64,000 nt of DNA from Rebecca billardiae RCC1528 (taxonomy: Eukaryota > Protista > Haptophyta). Positions 56,786-64,000 of this stretch are shown one piece after another. A program made the position numbers and the translations under genes. Within the stretch, counting starts at the first letter, position 1. Every line of letters starts with the position of its first letter. Where the stretch lies: NCBI GenBank assembly GCA_965240325.2, contig OZ251222.1, positions 3,162,001 through 3,226,000 on the forward strand. The letters run 5' to 3'. The notes below the pieces were generated by a model. That model did not search any database. It was not told the origin of the DNA and was given only the letters and a program-made list of their open reading frames with translations.

Positions 56786-58265
56786 CTAAGCGCCTCCACC
56801 TGCCTCTGTCGCCACGGCAGCCGGGGCTGCTGGCTCGGCGCAGCCACCCGCGGGGGCGGCCGCGGTGGCGCCGCCCGCACCTTGCCCGCCAGGCTCTGCG
56901 CGAGCGCTCGCTCGCCGCGCAGGCATGCGCTTGGCAGCCGTACGGTACCACAGGACGAGAGGCGACTTGTTGGCCCGGTGCTGGCTCTCGAGGTGGTGCA
57001 GCGCGTCCCTGAGCATCACGCGCTCTTTGAGGGTGACGGACGCGGCCTGCAGTGCGTGCGCGTCGCGCATCCCCCTAGCGTCGCCGGCTGGAACCAGCGC
57101 GCCAGGCCCGACGCGCGCGCCAGGCGGCGGCGCCGCTGGTCTGGGCGGCTCGGCGGATGGCGGGTCGCGCTCGAGCTGCGCCTCGGCCGCGGCCGTCTCG
57201 CGTCGGCGCTGCGACGCGTCGCAGATGCCGCAGAGCGCGCGGCGGATGCGCTCGGCCAGCGCCTCATCCAGCAGCTCGAGCAGCGCGCTGCCCGCCTCGT
57301 CCTCGGCGGGGCCCAGCACGCCCTGCTCGGCGCATGCGCGCGCGACGCGCGGCCCGAGCCTTGCGCGCCGAGCGCTCGGCGCGTCAAGGCCTGGGGCGTC
57401 CGCATCGCCATCCGCCGTGGCCCCCGATCGCCGCGTCGCCACACCCGCGCGCGCGAGCTCCGCGCGCGGCACCAGAAGTGACGCCTGCTCGTCAGCAAGG
57501 CTCACGTCTGCAACAACCGTGGCACCGTCACCCGCCTCGTTGCCGGCGCCTGCGGCCTTGCGCCCACGCTTCTGGCCGCGCGCGGCGGGCTGCGCGGCTG
57601 CGCCCGGTGCGGGCGGCTCTGCGCTCGTGCCCGCATGCGCAGCTGCCGCGTCCGTGGACGTCCCGCCGGGGTCTGCGCGCGGACGCTTGGCGCTGCGCGC
57701 ATCGGCGCGTCGGGCGCAGTGCGCGCCGGGGCAGACGGGGCGTGAGTGCGGCCCAGTCACCGCGGAGCGAGGCGCGCCATGCGCACCTGGGGCCCATCGC
57801 CGTGTCGAGCTCATGCTTCTGACCGGTGACACCCTGACCACTCGCGATCGGCTGCATCGGCTGCGGCGCAGGCTGCTGCTGCGAGGACTGCGCGGCCGCC
57901 TCCGGGGGCAGCTGCGGGGGCGGCTGCGGCTGTGGCTGAGCCGGCGGCGGAGGCTGCGCGGTCTGCTGCGGCTGCGAGGCGGCATGTGCTTGCAGAGTCG
58001 CCGCGCTGCTCGCGGCAGCAGCCGCCGCCTGCTTCGCCTGTGCATCCTTGAGCGCCATCATCGCGTTCTGCACGCGCGGCTTGCCCACCAGCATGATCAG
58101 CCGCTTGAGCAGGTCCTTGGCGACCTCGGACGCCGTGCCGGCCTGGCTAGCGGCGTGATACTCGAGCGCCAACGGCTTCATCTGGAGCGCCTGGTCACGC
58201 GTGCACTGCCCATCGCGGAGCACGCACGCCAGCACGTGCGGAAACGCGACCTTGTTCTGCGCCAT
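56786..58265 (-). CDS. TAF4-like TFIID subunit (RST-like N-terminus, Gln-rich linker); intron ~57693-57786
   Basis: N-terminal helical domain ending LLKRLIMLVG, histone-fold-like LLELLDEALAERIRRAL, and C-terminal RVMLRDALHHLE resembling the TAF4 conserved C-terminus. Confidence 0.6.
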
Positions 58266-58530
58266 CCACTCTCGCTTGCGCTGGCGTTCGCTCCGCCTTG
58301 GCGCCCTGTGCATCCGCTTGCTTCACTTCACACTGTCATCAGCATCAGCATGGCGGCCCCGCCGGACGGCCCGCATGTCTGCCTGTCACCGACACCAAGA
58401 CACCAGACACCATTGATGAGGCAGTTGTGAGTGAGTTGAGGTTGATGACTGACTCTCTGCTAAGTCTGAGCCTACGCAGCTGTCAAGTGCTCACGCCGGG
58501 CACGATGCAGACCAGCTCATTGCTACTCGG

Positions 58531-61500
58531 CTACTCGCCTGGCGCGGCCGGATCATCGGGCGCTCCTCCCGCTTCCCCAGCGCCAGCCGCCGGCGGTGGC
58601 GGAGGTGCGCTGCTGCCGCCGCGTGCTCCGCCACCCTTGGCTGCGGATGGGAGCGGCGGCTTGCCACCGGTGGGCTTGTTGCGCGCGCCACCGGCCCCAG
58701 CACCGGTGCGCCCCTGCGCCGGCGGCTTGCCCCCCGGCGGCTTGCGCGCCTTCGGGCTCGGCTTTGGCGCCGGATTCCTCGCGACCTGCCCGGTCTGCGC
58801 GTGCCACGGCTGCTGCTGCTCTGCCGCCCACGACTCGTCTCCTAGCCCCTGCGCCGGGTGCTCGCCCGGGCCGGGTGTGCGCGCGAGCTTGTTCCGGCTC
58901 GAAAACGCGGCCTCGTCGTCCTCGAGCGCATCCAGGCCCGGATACTGCGCGGCGCGGTGTCGGCCGAGGGTGGCGCGGGCGTGGGGCATTGAACGTGAGA
59001 TGCGAGATGGTGTGCGGCCGCGGCTCACACACGCACGCGCGCTGTGAGGTCGCGCCCCGCGCACCTCGGCCTTGCTCGTGCTCACCGGTGCGGGCGCCGG
59101 CTTGTGCGTGTTCGGCGTGATGGGCCGCTGAGGAGGCTCGGCGCTCGCGTTGGCGCCGCCCGCCGCATTCCGCGTCCTGCGCACGCCGCCAGGCGGGACG
59201 CGCGCACGCGCGGGGTGGCGGTTGGCCGCGTCCGCCAGCGCCTGGCGCACACCCGAGTCCGACGGAGCCCCCCGGTGCGGTTGACGCGCGAGCGCGCCGC
59301 GCGCACCCCTTGGCTGCCGCTGCCCTCGCGCCCGGCGAGGGCCGCCGCGCCGGCGCCGCCGTCTCTAGCTGGCTCGCCTCCGCCTGCGCCGCGTACGCGC
59401 TCGCAATGTAGCGCGAGGCCAGCAGCTCCTCGCCGATCGGCACGGCCTGCGGCCGCGGGATCTCCGACTCGTCGTCGTCCTCGGGCTCGTCCTCGTCGTC
59501 GTCGTCGTCGTAGTCGTCGTCCTCCTCCTCATCGCCGTCGTCCGCCTCCTCCGCCGGCTGCGCGGGCTGCGCCTCCGGCGCGAGCAGCGGGAGGATGTAC
59601 TCGATCTGGCGCGCGTTCATCGGCTCCGAGTGCTCGAGCAGCGCCTGCGCGCGCCGAGCGCGGCCAGTTGGGGGCGCGCGGCAGGTTGGCGGGGCGGCGA
59701 GCGCGCGAGCGCGCGTGGGCGCGTGGGCGGTGTGCGCGGGGCCGGCGCTCCTCGGCCGCGCGCGACGGCGGCCGGCGCGCGCGCGCCGCCGCGTGCCGCA
59801 CCTCGAGCACGTCCGGCAGCCCCATCTCGAGCGCGCGCTCGCGCAGCGCGGGCCGCGTGAGCACCGAGTAGAGCGTGCCGTTCACGTACGTGCGCACCTG
59901 CGCATTGTCGTACTCCAGCAGGTGGTTGAGCACGCCCAGGATGTCCAGCTCGGCCGCCTCGCACCGGCGCTTCCCCGCCGCGCGGAGGGAGAGGTTCATC
60001 AGCAGCGCGGTCGCGTACTCGATGGTGTACTCCGACAGCGCGTCCGTGTCGGCGAGCACGGCCGCTAGCCAGTCGACGACGCCGCCGTCAATCATGGCCG
60101 ACTGCGGCGCGCGGCGCAGGCTCAGCTTCTGCAGCGCGCCGAGCGCGTTCTGCCGCATCGGCGTGTCCGCCTTCTCGGCGAGCATCGCGCCGCTCAGCCG
60201 GTGCAGCAGCCCCTCCTTCGCCAGGATGTACGCGCGCCCCGCCGCGAACGAGGCGAAGTGGTTCACGAGGCGCACGAGCTGCTCAGCCACGAGCGGAGCG
60301 CTGCCGTCGAGCGCGGCGTCGACCGCGCGCGCGCTCAGCAGGTCGTTCTGGATGAAGGCGGCGAGGACGAGCTGGCGCTGCCGCCCGCTCGACTTCATCA
60401 GGCGCCAGCGCAGCGCCTGCAGCAGGAGCGCGCGCTCCGCCGCGGGCAGCTCCACGAGGTCGCGCGTCACCGCCGAGTAGTCGAGCGCGGCGAACAGAGG
60501 CACGGAGCGCGGCCGCGGCGGCGGGGGCGGCCGCTCGGGCGAGAGCGGGCCGTCGCCCAGCTCGCCGCCGGCCGCACTCGCGGCAGCGACGGCCTGCGCC
60601 GGCGGTTGCGCCGGGTAGTCGGCGACGCCGCCGCCGCCGCCCAGCATGCCCGGCGGCGGCGGGCTCGCGTCGTAGCCCCCGCCGTACGGCACGGGGCCCG
60701 AAGCGGCCGCAGCCGCCCCGCCAGCCGCGCCCGCCGACCACTGCTGCTGCTGCTGCTGCTGCGGCGGCGGCGGCGAGGCGCCGAGCGCCGCAATCGCGTC
60801 TGCGGCGCGCTGGATGGCAGCGCGGTGCTCGGCCGAGCCGCGCGGGGTAGCCCCCGCCTGCGCCCCCCGCGACTGCAGCTCGCTCGCCACGCGGTGCAGC
60901 TCGGTCGCCGCGCGGTGCAGCGCCGCCTCGCGCTGCGCCGCCAGCTGCTTCGTCTCCACCAGCCTCAGCTCCGACTCGACCAGCCTCGCCTTGAGCGCGG
61001 TCAGGTCGGCGGACGCCTCGGCGACGGGGTTGCGCGGCACGCCGTGCTCGCCGTCGACCGAGAGCGACGCGTACGACGCGTAGATCGTCAGCAGCTTCGG
61101 CTCCGCCGCCAGCTGCGGCGTCGAGCGCAGGAAGTCTGCCACCCGCTGCCGCAGCGCGTGCGCCCAGCCAGGCGTGAGCAGCTCGCGGAATGCCGGGTGC
61201 TCCTCGAGCTGCGGGACGTACGGCAGCGCGTAGTACGCGAGGAACTCGGCCGTCGCGGACAGCGTCGCGCCGTTCGTCTCGAGGTACCGCCTGAAGCGCT
61301 CCATCGTCGCCGGCAGAGCGCGCGCGTCACGCTGCGGGTTGAGCGAGTGCATCGGGAAGACGGCAAAGTAGATATGCATGTAGAACTCGAGCTTCTGGCA
61401 GGTGCGATCGCGTCGCCTGACGAGAGGCGGTACGTACGACTCCCACAGGGCGAAGAGCTCGTCACCCTGACCCGCGTCGAACGCCCGCAGCGCCTGCTCG

Positions 61501-61685
61501 AAGATGCGCTGCCGCACCTTGTCGCCGATCGGACGGTGGTGCGTCGGCTGCAGCGCGCGCTGCTGCAGGTGGGTGCGGAGCGCCTGGGCCGGCGTGTCGC
61601 AGCCAGTGTGGATGAGGTATTCGAGGACCAAGAGGTCGAGCTCCTCGAGGGTGCGCCCCGCCTGCTGGACGGCCGTGGCGTCCAT
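58531..61685 (-). CDS. ARMC9: LisH/armadillo ciliary protein ARMC9-like; multi-exon (first intron 59645-59801, more downstream)
   Basis: LisH LVLEYL, KLEFYMHIYFAVFP, FLAYYALPYVP, LLQALRWRL, NALGALQKLSLRR, YTIEYATALLMNLSLR, VRTYVNGTLYS. Confidence 0.88.
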
Positions 61686-62934
61686 AGCGCTCCTAACCGT
61701 TGCTCACACGGCCGGCATGGCTCCCGATGCGTTCGCGGCCGCTCGACGGTTCTCAAGCGGCCAACTGAAATTCAAAATGCGAGCCGCGCTCGATTTCTAA
61801 TTTCTTTGCTCTCTGTCGGCTGTCGCTCGCCATTTGTTTTTTTCGTGCTTGGGCGAGCCACACCGCGCCGCCGGTGCATCGCTGCGTGTGTCACTGCACA
61901 TGACTCACTGTCAGTGTGAGTCAGAGTGTGCACGTGCAGAATACTAAGTGAATAATCTTGATGAGACGCACACAGCTCAGGCAGGCGAGATTGACGCCCG
62001 CCAACTGTCACCGCCCATGAAGCCGTCGCCGATGGTCTGATGAGCGCCGTCGCCGACTCGCCGTCGGAAGTCCGGAAGATTCGACAGTTCGTTCACTCCG
62101 GGTTCCGAGCCCCGTCCGCGTGGCGCGATGAGGGCTGCGGCCGCCTCGCGGCGCGCGCCCGCCATCGGCCGCCATGCTGCCGGCCACCGGTGTGACGGTG
62201 GCGGGCCGCGAGCGCCCAAAGGCCAAAACGGAATTACAATGATCGATGATCATGATCACTATGAAGTATGATGCGGGACGGTGATGCCTCACAGGCTCAG
62301 TGATGCCGCCGCAGCACGATTCTCACAGTCACACTAGCCGACGGACGTGTCCCGCTGCGTCACGCGGCAGGCGCTCGGGTCGTGATAACCCTTCGGAGCC
62401 CGCCGGCTCGGCCGCGCGGAGACTACGACGGCGGGGGCGATTATCGTCGTTGACGTCAATGACGAATGACGACCACCAGAAATAGAATGTCAATGCCGGG
62501 GCCAATCCGCCACAGTGGCGGGGTGACATCAGTCATCGCCATCGCCATCGCCATCACTCATGGCGGCGGCGACCCCACTCGCCCGCGGTAGCACGAACAG
62601 TCACAGTGTTAAACAGTCGGCAATCGGAATGGCATCACCAAGCTCTGCTTGCTGCGGCCGAGAGACTGCCAAGCGCCGCGCGTGCTGAGAGCTACAGTTT
62701 ATTTGTTTTAACGTGCGTAAGGCTCACGGTGGCAGGTTGCCGCGCCATCCTTCAGCCCGCGCGCCTGCAGCGATCGCGGCGATTCAGCAGCCTCCCACTG
62801 CTTCAGTGCGAGTCACCGCGTGGATACACCTCCTCCAGCCCCGTTTCACTTCATGTCGAGCTCGGCAGTGTGGCAACGTTCGTTTGGATGCCCGCTGAGC
62901 GTGGGTAAGATGTGCGCTGCTCGGCTCTGAGCCG

Positions 62935-63240
62935 TCACCTGCGCATGCATGTGTGGTAGGTGACCAGGGCACACCACCCCGTTCCGAGCGACACACCGAC
63001 AATTGCGCCCCAGAGTGGCAGCAGGCACGTCGACCAACACAGGCCCAGCTCGACGAGCGAGAAGTCCACCAGCGAGCTCACGAGGAAGATCACGCTTGGA
63101 ATCGCGACGAGTCCGCCAAGGGCGACCAGGAGAGCGCATGGAGCACTGCGCTGCGCGACACGACTTGCAGCTGCGCTCAGCCATGGGTTGAACGAGTGCT
63201 CGTGAAGAAGCGGCTCTCCTTCGCCATCGATGGCTGCCAT
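62935..63240 (-). CDS. Small membrane protein (possibly the first exon of a longer gene)
   Basis: ATG 63240, two hydrophobic segments and a W..CLLPLW motif; family not certain. Confidence 0.4.
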   Translation of the reverse strand: MAAIDGEGEPLLHEHSFNPWLSAAASRVAQRSAPCALLVALGGLVAIPSVIFLVSSLVDFSLVELGLCWSTCLLPLWGAIVGVSLGTGWCALVTYHTCMRR

Positions 63241-63537
63241 CGCGTGGGTGCTCACGAGAACCCGCGCAGACGAGCCCGAACGAGACGCGCGCCCGGTCTC
63301 GGCCCGGCGCACGGGCACCGGGCCCGGGCGTCCACGCGTTAGGGAAGGATGGCTGCCTCCCTGGGCGCCAGGCGCCAGCGAGCAGCGGGGTCGCTCGCCT
63401 CCCGCAAAGGGCCGGACCGCAGTCACCGGGATCAGAGAGGGAGGGCTGCCGGACCAGCCCGGCGGCGGAGCGGGCGTCACCGCCACGACCGCCGAGCCAA
63501 GTAGGGCGCCGCCGCGCCAGCGCGCGAAGCGCGAGCC

Positions 63538-64000
63538 ATGGCAGCATTGAACAAGGCGTCCATTGGCGTCAGGCTGCGTGACGAGTCGGGCGCTGCCGGG
63601 CTGCGCCTGGAGGCGATGGAGGACGAGGGCGAGGTGACCGTCTTCATCAAGCACGCGGGGAAGCAGTACTTTGTGAGCGGTCCGAGCGAGTGGGGCGGCA
63701 AGGAGGTGGTGGTCTTCATGCAGCGCCTTGCCTTCTACGCGTGCGCCGTCGGGACCGATGGCGAGATCAGCGCGCCCATCCCGTTCGAGGCCATGGGCGC
63801 GCACCGCGCCGCCGGCCGCTTCCCGTCGGTCGTGAAGGTCGCCTCAGGCGGGCTTCACGCGGCGCAGTCGATGATGAAGGAGCAGCAGCCCATCAACGAC
63901 GCTGGCAAGCACTGGCTCGCGTCGGCGCAAGTGGAGCGCAACGCGCTCAGCGTGGGCAACCACACCGGCCTCGACGCGCTCACCATCCAGACGCTCCGCA
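63538..64000 (+). CDS. Hypothetical protein, truncated by the window end
   Basis: GCCATG start; open frame MAALNKASIGVRLRDE... with GC3-rich codons running to the end of the window. Confidence 0.6.
   Translation, partial: MAALNKASIGVRLRDESGAAGLRLEAMEDEGEVTVFIKHAGKQYFVSGPSEWGGKEVVVFMQRLAFYACAVGTDGEISAPIPFEAMGAHRAAGRFPSVVKVASGGLHAAQSMMKEQQPINDAGKHWLASAQVERNALSVGNHTGLDALTIQTLR

Overview
Very GC-rich eukaryotic DNA with compact genes and short GT-AG introns. Several proteins carry N-terminal signal peptides typical of complex-plastid targeting; a haptophyte-like alga (e.g. Pavlovales) is my inference. About 22 host genes can be read, mostly in head-to-head pairs separated by decayed, repeat-rich spacers. 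They encode a 2OG-Fe(II) oxygenase, COMMD, Nudix, TALE homeodomain, CUE protein, DUS, sugar/inositol MFS transporter, TMEM18, ZnT5/7-like zinc transporter, SDR, a DOT1-like methyltransferase-PDZ-FKBP fusion, histone H1, HAD-IIA, 2-Cys peroxiredoxin, P4-ATPase, a giant membrane-anchored subtilase, GGPP synthase, TAF4-like and ARMC9-like proteins. The centre (~17.5-32.4 kb) holds an apparently intact rolling-circle (Helitron/Helentron-type) element. Its single ~2,800-aa ORF joins a Ulp1/clan CE-like cysteine protease, a CxxC/DUF6570-like region, a Y2 HUH Rep and a Pif1 helicase. The ORF is bracketed by a 19-bp inverted repeat, a perfect 14-bp 3' hairpin and an outer ~400-bp degenerate inverted repeat. 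All domain calls come from motif recognition by eye, not from database searches.
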